Positions 1-9,521 of a stretch of DNA of 64,000 nt are shown one piece after another (the first letter of the stretch is position 1; every line of letters begins with the position of its first letter). Below the pieces are notes generated by a model. The model made no database searches, was not told the origin of the DNA, and worked only from the letters and a program-made list of their open reading frames with translations. This stretch comes from Candidatus Bathyarchaeota archaeon (GTDB lineage: Archaea; Thermoproteota; Bathyarchaeia; Bathyarchaeales; Bathycorpusculaceae): NCBI GenBank assembly GCA_963775465.1, contig CAVZIW010000002.1:32001-96000 (forward strand). The letters are read 5' to 3'. A program made the translations under genes and the position numbers.

Positions 1-3000
1 AGTGATGATTCTTTAACTGCCTCAGGAATAGCGGAATACATTCGCTTCAACTGTTGCCCACGATTTTTCAAACTAAAATTCGAAGGAAAAGAAATAAAGA
101 AACGCCGATGGCCTGAAGCATTCAAACCAATCAGTCCCCTACTCTATGGCGCAGGCAAAGCCCTTGAAGAAAAAAAGGTAGCTGAACTCCGAGAAAGAGG
201 CGCCGAATACATTGATTTCACAAAATACGACCCTCATACCAACGGTTGGAGAAAAGCCGTTGACTCCATGAACAATCTGCGTTATGTTATTGAGCATCAA
301 ACATCTGAAGGAGAAAAAATTGATAGTCGACCTGTTTTGCTCTATCAGGTTCCAATGATTGGCCAGATTGGCGTTTGGAATGTTAAGGGCATTGCTGATT
401 TGATTGCTATCTGGCCACTCAAAGATGGCAAAGTAAAAGTTAGGATTTTTGAGCTTAAAGCTTCTTGGAAGGAGCAGACTGCCCATCGAATCCAAGTTGC
501 AATTTATGTTTTGTTACTTTCCAGAGAATTAGGTGAATTGAAGTCCAAAGTCGAGCTCGAAGGCGGAGTTATCAATAGAGAAACAGATCTTAAAAAGCTC
601 GATGCTGATAGCCTTCCTAAGTTTAAACTAAGCCCCCTTGTTCAGGATGTTGAGCGTTTGCTTGCTAAGAACGGCGAATTGAACCGCATTCATAACACTC
701 AGTTAGAGAATGTAGAGTTTCAGCTTTGCTGGAGATGCGAAAACTGCGGATTTAACGAATGCTGTATAGTTTGTGCAGTAGAAAATGAGACGATTGCTTT
801 GCTTAATTTGAGCAGAGGCGAACAGAAAGCGCTTGGACATTATGGAATCAAGTATTTAGAGGATTTGGCAAAACTAAAATTCCCTTCAGAATCATCCAAT
901 TCGCGACCCTTCGATTTCAAAGACATTTCCGCACGAGACCCAGCTAAGGTTCATGAGATTTCAACGGACCCCGTGGTCGGAGCTAAGCTAGATTGGTTGA
1001 TTGAGCGAGCCCAATACATGCTCGGTGGCATTCGACCCAGCAGTATGTTTGCGGGAAAAAACAGATGGATGCCTTGGCTGAGTGGAACAGGCTACGGCAG
1101 CCTCCCTGAAGATAGCCCAGTTGCAGGAACAGACACAGCCCTTATGTCGCGCCCTGAAAGTATGATTCGTGTTTACCTTTTCGTCGAATGGGACTACATG
1201 TTAGACGTTGTTTCCTTAATTAGTGCCCGTGTAAGCTGTACACGCTACAGAGCCGAACCAATTAGTGTGTCTAAAGTAATTGCCAATCTTCCAGACGACC
1301 ACCAAAAGTGTCTAGACGAAGAAAAAAAACTACTAGAGGACTTCTTCAAGGAATTGACGGAAGCAATAACCAAAGTGGCAAATGAAGTCGGCAGTCCCGA
1401 TGAAGCACCCATCCACCTTTACTTCTTTAGCCGGCAAGAACGTGACATGTTAATGAAAAGCGTTTGTCGTCAACCCTCCGTTATGGGTGCTCGAGCAGTC
1501 CGCGACCTTTTAGGGCTCAGACAAGCAATCGACCAGCCCATGTTCTCCATTATCCAAGACGAAGTACAACATAGAAAGGCACTAAAATTTCACAGCTATG
1601 GTCTTTTGCCAATTCTTGAGCAATCAAACTATTTTGACCGAAACAACTGGAGGGTAAAACGCGAAGATGGCTCGATAATTGATTTAAAATTGGTTTTCCG
1701 GGATGGACTATTTAATTACGCTTTGCCTTACCACAGAAACCCCGATGGATCAATAACTTTTCTAAAAGACGGTCAATATGACGGTTACTATCCAGCACGC
1801 GCCCGCTTCGGCGACCAAATACCCATAGAATATTTATGGGCAGCAAAGGGACGACTGGACAACTTTACCGATGTAAAGGGTCCAGCCAAGATTCTTTTGG
1901 ATAAACGCAAATGGTGTGATTACCCCCAAAAAACCCATCGAATAACCGATGAAGAACTCACCCTTATGGGCTCCAAAATCTGCATGGCACTTGAACATAT
2001 TGAACGATCCCTATCAATACGTAACAGACGACTAGGAAAAAAACCCATTCCTATTCCAACAATCTCCAGTTTTTCCCTAGGCGACTCAACTCTAGAGCGA
2101 AGTTGCAGAGAATTCCTAGACTTAGAATACTTCTCCAAACGTCAAGAAATGTATCAACACTACGCTCTACTTCCTTACCAGCGAGTTGCTTCAGGCAGAT
2201 CATTGATTTTTGAGTGCGCTAGCGTGTTTGAATCTGAGAAGGAATTCGTTGTAAAAGGTAAACTTGTTTACGAAGGCATTGGCTTGCCCAAAGCTGACTG
2301 CATAGCCAACGCTTGCCGAGTTAAAGGCGCAGACGGTTCCAGTTCAGGCGACTGGATGGTTCTATCAGAACTTCATCGAAATGAACAGGGTCAATTTGAG
2401 GAAAATCAGAGGCGTTCCCCTTCAGAAGTAGAAAAATCAGCACGCGCTATAGTTCAAAAAGTTGACATTCCAAAACTTGAGGTCACCGTCAAAGTTCTGA
2501 CTTATCCGAGAAGCAAAGGCAGCAAATACAGCGCTTGGCACAACCTTCCTACACTTGACCCCGAAAAAGCCCAAAACAACAAGTTCTCACAACTGTTTGA
2601 AATAGGTCGGTTCTACATTTTAGATGAATTAGCAGATGATATTATTTCTGATCGTGCAGCCAAATGCCTCGACTACCATGGAACAAATGTTCTTTATTGT
2701 CTATTAGCAAGCTATTTGGCAGGAAAACTGGGAGATTCAACACACACCGCCCTTTCAAAGGTGGAGGCTGCATCTTTTCTGCGTTGGGTTAAAGGTAGAC
2801 GTTATCCGCCTAAAGATGAACAAGCCCGATTCGTTGACCGCGTTTTCAGCAAAGAGCCGATTGTTATGTTGCAGGGGCCGCCTGGAACGGGAAAAACCGA
2901 GACACTGCAGCTGGCAGTTTTAGCTCACGTTGCAGCTCACAAGGAATCGAGATGCCGCGTATTGATGGTTGCCCCAACCCACAAAGCAATCCAGGAATTC

Positions 3001-4290
3001 GTTGCTAAACTTGCCCGCTGCTGGCAAGAGTACACAAATTCGGGTGGTAAAGACCTCAAAGACTTAAAGATTTTCCGAGTGCTTAGTAGCAATGTTGCCT
3101 CTGCCAAACCCATTGAGGGAGTCACTTATATCAATTATAATGAAGACCAACAAACTGTCGAAGAAATCTCTGACTGTTTAATGAATCAATCAACCTTAAA
3201 TGCAGACGTTATGGGGTCTTATCCTCTTGTTCTTTGCTTAACGCCGCCTGGTTTGTATGGTTTGATGAAGAAGATAGGTGATAAAGAGCCACCTTGGAGT
3301 CAAGGATTCTTTGACATGTTAGTGGTTGACGAAGCCAGCATGATGCGTCTACCCGAACTCATCCTTTCAGGTAGCTTTCTGTCAAAAAACAGTCAAATCC
3401 TTGTTGCTGGTGACCACCGACAGCTACCCCCAATAGTAGCTCATAACTGGGAAAAAGAAGATCGCCGTACCCTGGAAGAGATGGCATCCTTCCTTTCTGC
3501 TATGGATTTTCTGCGTCTACTTCGTAATGAAGATCTGGGCATTGAACGGATTAAATGTCAAAATCCAGCTGATATTCCCGCTGAACGTCTATGTGAGAGC
3601 CATAGATGCCATTCGGTTGTTGCAAACTTTCTTAAGGAATGGGTATATGAGAAGGACCAGATCGATTTTCACTCAGATCAAAAAGGCACAATACCGCTTT
3701 CTTCTCCCAATACAAACGGGTTAAAGACTGCTCTGGAACCCGATAACGTTTTTGTGCTTATCGTTCATGATGAAGCGGAGAGTTTCCAGTCAAACCAGGT
3801 TGAAGCTTCCATTGTGCTGGCTTTAGTGCAAAATGCCCAAACTGAGAGCATAGGGATCATAACACCTCATAACGCTCAGAAAGGATTACTCAAAAACGTG
3901 TTAGTTGAGAACGGCAAAGACACTCGAGTTGACACAGTGGAACGCTATCAAGGCGGCGAAGCAGACTTAATAATCATCTCTTCAACTGTTAGTGATCCTG
4001 ATTATGTCCGAAGCGAAAGTGACTTCTTGCTCAATCTTAACCGCATCAACGTAGCAATCTCTCGCATGAGAAAGAAACTTGTCATAGTTGCGAGCCGATC
4101 TATTTTCGAATTCATGCCCCAAAATGCCAGAGATTACGATAAAGCGCTTCTCTGGCGTGGGATTTCTGAAACTGTTGGCTTTACTGCAGATTCGAAACCT
4201 GATTGGAGTGGCGATTTATCGGCATTCATTGGGAAAATGGCTAATTCCCACGCTAGAGTTGAAGTTTACGTTAAATCGCAGAAGACATAA
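1..4290 (+). CDS. Cas4/RecB-like PD-(D/E)xK nuclease fused to a Dna2/Upf1-like SF1 helicase (5'-truncated by the window edge)
   Basis: Frame 1 is open from base 1 (SLTASGIAEYIRFNCCPRFF...), upstream of the ORF-track start at 268. Nuclease motifs GIADLI...FELKAS...HRIQVAIY, Cys cluster CWRCENCGFNECC, and helicase motifs QGPPGTGKT, VVDEASM, AGDHRQLPP, HRC, ITPHNAQ, TVERYQGGE, NRINVAISR. Confidence 0.85.
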   Translation, partial: SDDSLTASGIAEYIRFNCCPRFFKLKFEGKEIKKRRWPEAFKPISPLLYGAGKALEEKKVAELRERGAEYIDFTKYDPHTNGWRKAVDSMNNLRYVIEHQTSEGEKIDSRPVLLYQVPMIGQIGVWNVKGIADLIAIWPLKDGKVKVRIFELKASWKEQTAHRIQVAIYVLLLSRELGELKSKVELEGGVINRETDLKKLDADSLPKFKLSPLVQDVERLLAKNGELNRIHNTQLENVEFQLCWRCENCGFNECCIVCAVENETIALLNLSRGEQKALGHYGIKYLEDLAKLKFPSESSNSRPFDFKDISARDPAKVHEISTDPVVGAKLDWLIERAQYMLGGIRPSSMFAGKNRWMPWLSGTGYGSLPEDSPVAGTDTALMSRPESMIRVYLFVEWDYMLDVVSLISARVSCTRYRAEPISVSKVIANLPDDHQKCLDEEKKLLEDFFKELTEAITKVANEVGSPDEAPIHLYFFSRQERDMLMKSVCRQPSVMGARAVRDLLGLRQAIDQPMFSIIQDEVQHRKALKFHSYGLLPILEQSNYFDRNNWRVKREDGSIIDLKLVFRDGLFNYALPYHRNPDGSITFLKDGQYDGYYPARARFGDQIPIEYLWAAKGRLDNFTDVKGPAKILLDKRKWCDYPQKTHRITDEELTLMGSKICMALEHIERSLSIRNRRLGKKPIPIPTISSFSLGDSTLERSCREFLDLEYFSKRQEMYQHYALLPYQRVASGRSLIFECASVFESEKEFVVKGKLVYEGIGLPKADCIANACRVKGADGSSSGDWMVLSELHRNEQGQFEENQRRSPSEVEKSARAIVQKVDIPKLEVTVKVLTYPRSKGSKYSAWHNLPTLDPEKAQNNKFSQLFEIGRFYILDELADDIISDRAAKCLDYHGTNVLYCLLASYLAGKLGDSTHTALSKVEAASFLRWVKGRRYPPKDEQARFVDRVFSKEPIVMLQGPPGTGKTETLQLAVLAHVAAHKESRCRVLMVAPTHKAIQEFVAKLARCWQEYTNSGGKDLKDLKIFRVLSSNVASAKPIEGVTYINYNEDQQTVEEISDCLMNQSTLNADVMGSYPLVLCLTPPGLYGLMKKIGDKEPPWSQGFFDMLVVDEASMMRLPELILSGSFLSKNSQILVAGDHRQLPPIVAHNWEKEDRRTLEEMASFLSAMDFLRLLRNEDLGIERIKCQNPADIPAERLCESHRCHSVVANFLKEWVYEKDQIDFHSDQKGTIPLSSPNTNGLKTALEPDNVFVLIVHDEAESFQSNQVEASIVLALVQNAQTESIGIITPHNAQKGLLKNVLVENGKDTRVDTVERYQGGEADLIIISSTVSDPDYVRSESDFLLNLNRINVAISRMRKKLVIVASRSIFEFMPQNARDYDKALLWRGISETVGFTADSKPDWSGDLSAFIGKMANSHARVEVYVKSQKT

Positions 4291-4344
4291 CAAGTCTTAA
4301 AAGCGAGCCCTAAGATAACGATTAAAAATAGAAAAGGTGTTGTC

Positions 4345-4950
4345 ATGGGGTTCCTCAAGAAATTTACAGATAAACTTACAGCTCCAGATTCTACTGTTCA
4401 TTTAAGATTTGACTGCTACTCAGTGTCGTTGGGTAACGACCTTCAAGGAACCCTTAATGTTACCTCAAAGGAAGATTTTGAAACCACCGAAGTACGATGT
4501 GAAATTGCTTGTGTTGAACGGGCTAAGGTCATTAAACAAGTCTATGACGCTAACTTGAAGCGGTCAATTCCACAAGTTGTGGAGGAATCGATTGTTATTT
4601 ACAGTGCCAAACCAGCCCTTTCAGGTCCTTCACGGTTTGTCAAAGGAGAAACCCGTGCAATCCCCGTTAATATTAATATCCCCTCGGGAGCGAGACCAAC
4701 TTATGCCGGGGTTGATAGACATGTTACATGGACCATAAAAGGCGTATTAGCAGTTGATGGTAGACCCGATAAAACAACCGAGATAAGCGAAATCCAAGTT
4801 CTAACTCCTGCTCCAACCATTCAAAGTCAAGTCGCAGTTCAGAAGGAAGTAGTTCGAACGATCGTAATGATTCCCTGCAAGTACTGTCAAGGACTAATGG
4901 AGCAAACTTTGACGGTGTGCCCTAACTGCGGCGCCAAAAGGACTGTTTGA
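4345..4950 (+). CDS. Arrestin/SpoOM-like beta-sandwich protein with C-terminal zinc ribbon
   Basis: SD-like AGGTG upstream. Arrestin-N-like pattern (LQGTLNV...IPVNINIP.GARPTY.G...VTWTIKG) and C-terminal CKYC...CPNCG. Confidence 0.6.
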   Translation: MGFLKKFTDKLTAPDSTVHLRFDCYSVSLGNDLQGTLNVTSKEDFETTEVRCEIACVERAKVIKQVYDANLKRSIPQVVEESIVIYSAKPALSGPSRFVKGETRAIPVNINIPSGARPTYAGVDRHVTWTIKGVLAVDGRPDKTTEISEIQVLTPAPTIQSQVAVQKEVVRTIVMIPCKYCQGLMEQTLTVCPNCGAKRTV

Positions 4951-5013
4951 TATAAAACAATTCTTTTCATATTCATGAAATTTTTCTTCTAAAATAGAGG
5001 AAAAAAACGAGAG

Positions 5014-6426
5014 TTAGTTTCTATATAGCATAAATTCTTCATGGATTGCTTTTACGACTGCTACTCCATCTTTTTCTTTGACCACAAACGAAATGTTCAG
5101 CTCCGAGCTACCTTGCGCGATCATGCGGATGTTAATGCACTTTTTAGCGACTATGCTAAAAATTTTTGATGCAACTCCCAAGGTACCTTTCATGTTGGCT
5201 CCCATGACTGCAATTACTGCAACGTCGTCTTCGGCTGTAACTTCACTGACTACTCCACCCCTCTCCAAGAGTGCGATTTCGAGGTTACTGATAGCTCTGC
5301 CTAAGACTGCGCGTCTAATTATCATCGAGATGTTTGCTTCAGAAACTGCGGTAGATATCATCATGACGTTAATGTTGTTCTTACCTAAAACATCGAAGAC
5401 TTTTGCGTAGCTTCCTGGAGCGCCTACCATTGCGGCCCCGTTAATGTTTATCATAGCAACATCTTTTATCATAGCAACTGCTTTCACAGGGGTTGCTTCA
5501 TTGGCTGCAGGCTCTTTAGTTATGAGTGTTCCTTCATTCTCAGGGTGGGCTGTGTTGCGGATTCTCACAGGAATGTTTTCTTTAATGACTGGCGCTAATG
5601 CCCGTGGATGCATTGCTTTGGCTCCAAAAATTGCCATTTCAGCTGCTTCCTGGTAACTCAATTGGGGTAGCATTCTTGCGGACGGGACAATTTTAGGATC
5701 CGTAGTCATGATGCCGTCAACATCGGTCCATATCCAGACCTCATCAACATGGAGAGCAACTCCAAGGATGGTTGCAGTGTAATCTGAACCTCCACGCCCC
5801 ACAGTAGTAACAATTCCATCCTGGTTTGCTGCAATAAATCCAGTAACGACCGGAATAATTCCTTTTTCAAAAAGCGGTCCAAGCCTTTCACCGATAAGGT
5901 GACATGTAAAATTCATTAGTGGGTCGGCTTCACCAAAGTTAGAGTCTGTAACAATGCCCGCTTCTTTGCCTGTGAAAACTTGGGTTTCAACTTCACAGTC
6001 TTTTATTGCACCCCAAACAATGGGTGCGGAAAGCCGCTCGCCAAAAGAGACAACGTAGTCTTTAGATTTCGGGGTAAGCTCACCAACATAACAGATGCCT
6101 GTTAGGACTTTTTCTAGTTCGGAGAGTGTTTTTTCCGTGATTTGTGTTACTTCTTTTTGGATTTGTTTGTCAGCTATTGCAGCTGATATAGCTTCTTTGT
6201 GTTTTTGGAGCAACTGAGTTGTAAAGTTTTCAATTTGTTTTTCGTCGCTTTTTTTGGCTTGACAAGCAGTTTCAAGAAGGCTGTTTGTTACTCCTGCTAA
6301 CGCAGAAACTACCACGGCAATTTTGTAATCATCTTTAGCGTACTTTGCGACTAAGTCAGCAACGTGACGTATGCTGCCGCCTGTTCCAACACTTGTTCCG
6401 CCGAACTTCATGACGATTTTCTTCAT
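5014..6426 (-). CDS. lysC: Aspartate kinase (two ACT domains)
   Basis: MKFGGTS, VVVSAL, SFGERLS, GRGGSDYTA, WTDVDG motifs and C-terminal ACT repeats. Confidence 0.95.
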   Translation of the reverse strand: MKKIVMKFGGTSVGTGGSIRHVADLVAKYAKDDYKIAVVVSALAGVTNSLLETACQAKKSDEKQIENFTTQLLQKHKEAISAAIADKQIQKEVTQITEKTLSELEKVLTGICYVGELTPKSKDYVVSFGERLSAPIVWGAIKDCEVETQVFTGKEAGIVTDSNFGEADPLMNFTCHLIGERLGPLFEKGIIPVVTGFIAANQDGIVTTVGRGGSDYTATILGVALHVDEVWIWTDVDGIMTTDPKIVPSARMLPQLSYQEAAEMAIFGAKAMHPRALAPVIKENIPVRIRNTAHPENEGTLITKEPAANEATPVKAVAMIKDVAMININGAAMVGAPGSYAKVFDVLGKNNINVMMISTAVSEANISMIIRRAVLGRAISNLEIALLERGGVVSEVTAEDDVAVIAVMGANMKGTLGVASKIFSIVAKKCINIRMIAQGSSELNISFVVKEKDGVAVVKAIHEEFMLYRN

Positions 6427-6442
6427 TTTTTCTCTTGCTCTT

Positions 6443-7480
6443 TTAGTTTAGTAGTCTGTTTGCTAATTTACGTCTTATATCTAATAGGTCCCTTAAAACT
6501 GCACTGGCAGTCTCGATGCCTCCTGCGCCTCTGCCGATTAGGGTTTGATCCATTGCGTATTCAGTGGAGAAGGTTATGGCGTTCAAAACTCCCGTGACGC
6601 ACAATGGGTTGGTTATTGAAATTTCTGTAGGTTTAACTGTTATTTTGTTATCCTCTATTGAGCCTATCAGTTTGATAGTGCTGTCTTTTTTAGCGGCTTC
6701 TTCAAGCATCTGAAGGGATACATCCCTAATACCTGTTCGGTCCACATCTTTTAAGGTAATTTTTTTGTTCATTATCCAATTTGACAGAATGACTACTTTG
6801 CAGGCGGTATCAAATCCGTCTATATCCATGGATGGCTCTCGTTCAGCGTATCCTAGTTTCTGAGCGTTTGCAAGTGCATCTTGGAAAGAAACATGTTTTT
6901 GATACATTTCAGATAAGATGTAATTAGTTGTGCCGTTAAGTATGCCCTTTATTGCTAAGATTTTGTCTCCGGCAAGGCAGCGTTTTGCAAATTGCAGCAT
7001 GGGGGTTCCGCCGCCGACTGTACCGCTGAACCTCAGGTAAACATTATTGTATTCTGCAAGCTCAGTAAGGGCTGGCATGGCTAATGCTAAGGGTCCTTTG
7101 TTGGTTGTGACCACATGTTTGCCTGTTTTGAAGGCATTAGTTATGTGTGAAAGGGCTGGTTCTCCGTTTTTGATATTAACTGGTGTTACTTCTACAACTA
7201 CTTCTGCTTCCACTGATTCAATTACATCTAATGCTGATATGCCTGGGCGACCAAAATCGGGGTCTTTAGATATTGGATAGCCCTTTTGCTTGATTGCCTC
7301 GAGTTTTTCAGGGCCAAAACCACGTGGGTTTATTACTGCACCGTCTATGTCGGCGATGGCAACGATTTTCGGGTTAAACCCTGAGTCATTAACTTTTTCT
7401 TGTGTTCTACGTGCAAGAATGGTTGTTACGCCTTTTCCGACAACGCCGTACCCTACTAGAATTATCCTCATATATGTCAC
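6443..7480 (-). CDS. hom: Homoserine dehydrogenase
   Basis: GYGVVG, HVVTTNKGP, TVGGGTP, GILNGTTNYIL, GRGAGG motifs. The real start may be the ATG at 7471. Confidence 0.95.
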   Translation of the reverse strand: MTYMRIILVGYGVVGKGVTTILARRTQEKVNDSGFNPKIVAIADIDGAVINPRGFGPEKLEAIKQKGYPISKDPDFGRPGISALDVIESVEAEVVVEVTPVNIKNGEPALSHITNAFKTGKHVVTTNKGPLALAMPALTELAEYNNVYLRFSGTVGGGTPMLQFAKRCLAGDKILAIKGILNGTTNYILSEMYQKHVSFQDALANAQKLGYAEREPSMDIDGFDTACKVVILSNWIMNKKITLKDVDRTGIRDVSLQMLEEAAKKDSTIKLIGSIEDNKITVKPTEISITNPLCVTGVLNAITFSTEYAMDQTLIGRGAGGIETASAVLRDLLDIRRKLANRLLN

Positions 7481-8727
7481 CTTGATAGAACTGCAACTTG
7501 GTGTTTTAAGCCCAAGGCGTTCTCTATAGCTGATATTTCTGCGTCAACCTCCACTGGTTTCTCGCTTTGTTTAATTGCTGTGTCAGGATCTTTTAAACCG
7601 TGACCTGTGGTGATGCAGACAATCCGCTCGTCTTTGCTTATGACGCCGTTATTTACAAGTTTTTTTAAGCCAGCGATGGATGAGGCGCTTGCCGGTTCTA
7701 CAAAGATGCCTTCGATTCGTGCAAGGATTTTTTGTGCGTCTAAGATTTCTTCGTCGGTAACTGTTTCAGCAGTTCCTTTCGACTCATGAATGGCGTTGAC
7801 TGCTTTTTTCCAGCTTACTGGTGCACCGATACGTATGGCAGTGGCGATGGTTTCAGGATGTTCAACAGGGACAATTCTGTCGCTGCCTTTCTTGATGGCT
7901 TGGGCGATGGGTGCTGAACCTGCAGCTTGTATGCCTGTCATCTTGGGCAGTTTCTTTATGTAGCCAAGTTTGTAGAATTCAGTTAAACCTTTCCAGACGG
8001 CGCTGATGTTTCCTGCGTTTCCAACGGGTATGACGATTCGGTCTGGAGGTTCACAGTTTAGTTGTTCGCAGATTTCATATCCGAGTGATTTCTGTCCTTC
8101 AATTCGAAACGGATTAATCGAGTTAAGTAAGTAAATATCCTTATGTTTGTCCGCAAGTTTAAGCACGAACTCCAGTGCTTGATCAAAGTTTCCTTTAACC
8201 TGAAGGACTTTGGCACCGTGAATCATGGCTTGGGAGAGTTTGCCGTAAGCGATTTTGCCCGAGGGTATAAGGACGGTGCATTTTATTCTTGCACGTGCAG
8301 CAAAAGCCGCTAGGCTTGCCGAGGTGTTACCCGTGGAGGCGCAGATCACATGTCTTGCACCTAATTCTAAGGCTTTGGTTACACCCACAGTCATACCTCG
8401 GTCTTTGAAGCTGCCGGTTGGATTTTCCCCTTCGTTTTTAACATAAAGGTTCTTGAGGTCTAGTTCTGCACCTAAATGCTCTGAGCGATGAAGACCCGTT
8501 CCACCTTCACCTAACGTGACTATTTGGGTGGCTTCGTGGATAGGTAGGAAGTCGCGATAGCGCCAAACAGAGAGTGGCTTACTTCTCCAATCGCTCTTTT
8601 GGAACGCTTCAGATAACTCTTCGAGACCAAACTTTATTTCCAATATATCTCCGCATTTCTTGCAGAAGTAAACAATTTCATCTATTCCGTAAGCCGTTTT
8701 GCAGTTTATACATTCTTGGTGTACCAT
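7477..8727 (-). CDS. thrC: Threonine synthase
   Basis: N-terminal Zn ribbon, NPTGSFKDRG (PLP lysine), ASTGNT, PVGNAGN, TGHGLKD. Confidence 0.95.
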   Translation of the reverse strand: MVHQECINCKTAYGIDEIVYFCKKCGDILEIKFGLEELSEAFQKSDWRSKPLSVWRYRDFLPIHEATQIVTLGEGGTGLHRSEHLGAELDLKNLYVKNEGENPTGSFKDRGMTVGVTKALELGARHVICASTGNTSASLAAFAARARIKCTVLIPSGKIAYGKLSQAMIHGAKVLQVKGNFDQALEFVLKLADKHKDIYLLNSINPFRIEGQKSLGYEICEQLNCEPPDRIVIPVGNAGNISAVWKGLTEFYKLGYIKKLPKMTGIQAAGSAPIAQAIKKGSDRIVPVEHPETIATAIRIGAPVSWKKAVNAIHESKGTAETVTDEEILDAQKILARIEGIFVEPASASSIAGLKKLVNNGVISKDERIVCITTGHGLKDPDTAIKQSEKPVEVDAEISAIENALGLKHQVAVLSR

Positions 8728-8819
8728 TTTGTTGAGTCTCCATTAGACAAGCGACTTTCCAACGTTTTGCAATCAAGATACAAAATTAAGGATTGTCACA
8801 TTATTAATTTTGCTGCCTT

Positions 8820-9398
8820 TTATCCAACCATGTTAGATAAAACTTCGTAAGTTTTGAGGCTATCTTTCTTCTCGACTACCAAAATGGTTTCGGTCCAGCA
8901 GGAAATAAACTCGATGATGTTAACATTTTGCTCGGCAAGTAAGGTGGCAAGGAAAGCGACAACTCCCGGAGTGGCTTCTAGCTCTTCAGGTGAATGAATG
9001 ACAATCATTGTGCAATTGTCGTGTTTAACAAGGGTGGATATTCGTTGGGGTAATTCGTTACGGTCTAGGAGATATACGAATTTTCCCAACAAGTCTACTT
9101 TCATGCCTGTTTGAGACTCCAGCTCTTTACTTGTTATCATGACTGATTTTCGGTCATAGACAGCTATGTTGCTTCGTTTTAGAAGTTGAAGGACTTTTTC
9201 TTCACGTTTTTGCTTATGTTTTTGAAGTTCTTCAGAATAGCGCCGTAGAGCAGCCTTAATTGCGCTCGTGTCATCGGATTCTAGCTCCTTTTGGATTTGG
9301 CGTGAGAGTTCGCTGAGGTTAACAATGCCTTTTTCAAGGGCTTCTAGTAAATATGGTTTGTTTCGCAGATGATCTCGCACTTTTTGGGCTACTGTCAT
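8820..9398 (-). CDS. Archaeal ACT-domain protein with N-terminal helical/HTH-like region, probable amino-acid-responsive regulator
   Basis: C-terminal ACT-like segment TPGVVAFLATLLAEQNVNIIEFISCWTETILVV and N-terminal GIVNLSELSRQI...IKAALRR. Divergent from argG. Confidence 0.75.
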   Translation of the reverse strand: MTVAQKVRDHLRNKPYLLEALEKGIVNLSELSRQIQKELESDDTSAIKAALRRYSEELQKHKQKREEKVLQLLKRSNIAVYDRKSVMITSKELESQTGMKVDLLGKFVYLLDRNELPQRISTLVKHDNCTMIVIHSPEELEATPGVVAFLATLLAEQNVNIIEFISCWTETILVVEKKDSLKTYEVLSNMVG

Positions 9399-9425
9399 AG
9401 GGTCTTGAATGTATCAAATGGGACA

Positions 9426-9468
9426 TTTAAATCTTATTAAGTGACAAAAAAGTCACAACCTTTAAAAA
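9426..9468. promoter_or_regulatory. Divergent promoter region: TATA boxes flanking the inverted repeat GTGAC-A6-GTCAC
   Basis: TTTAAA at 9426-9431 (about 28 nt before the ACT gene ATG), palindrome at 9441-9456, TTTAAAAA at 9461-9468 facing argG. Confidence 0.55.
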
Positions 9469-9521
9469 TACAGCCCTCAAGGTAAGGGAAATAATTCAAA
9501 CTAAAAAATGAGGGAGCAAAA

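Noticed and set aside
8728-8819. Thr-rich leader peptide upstream of thrC
   Set aside because: Searched by eye; no uORF enriched in Thr, Ile or Met was found.
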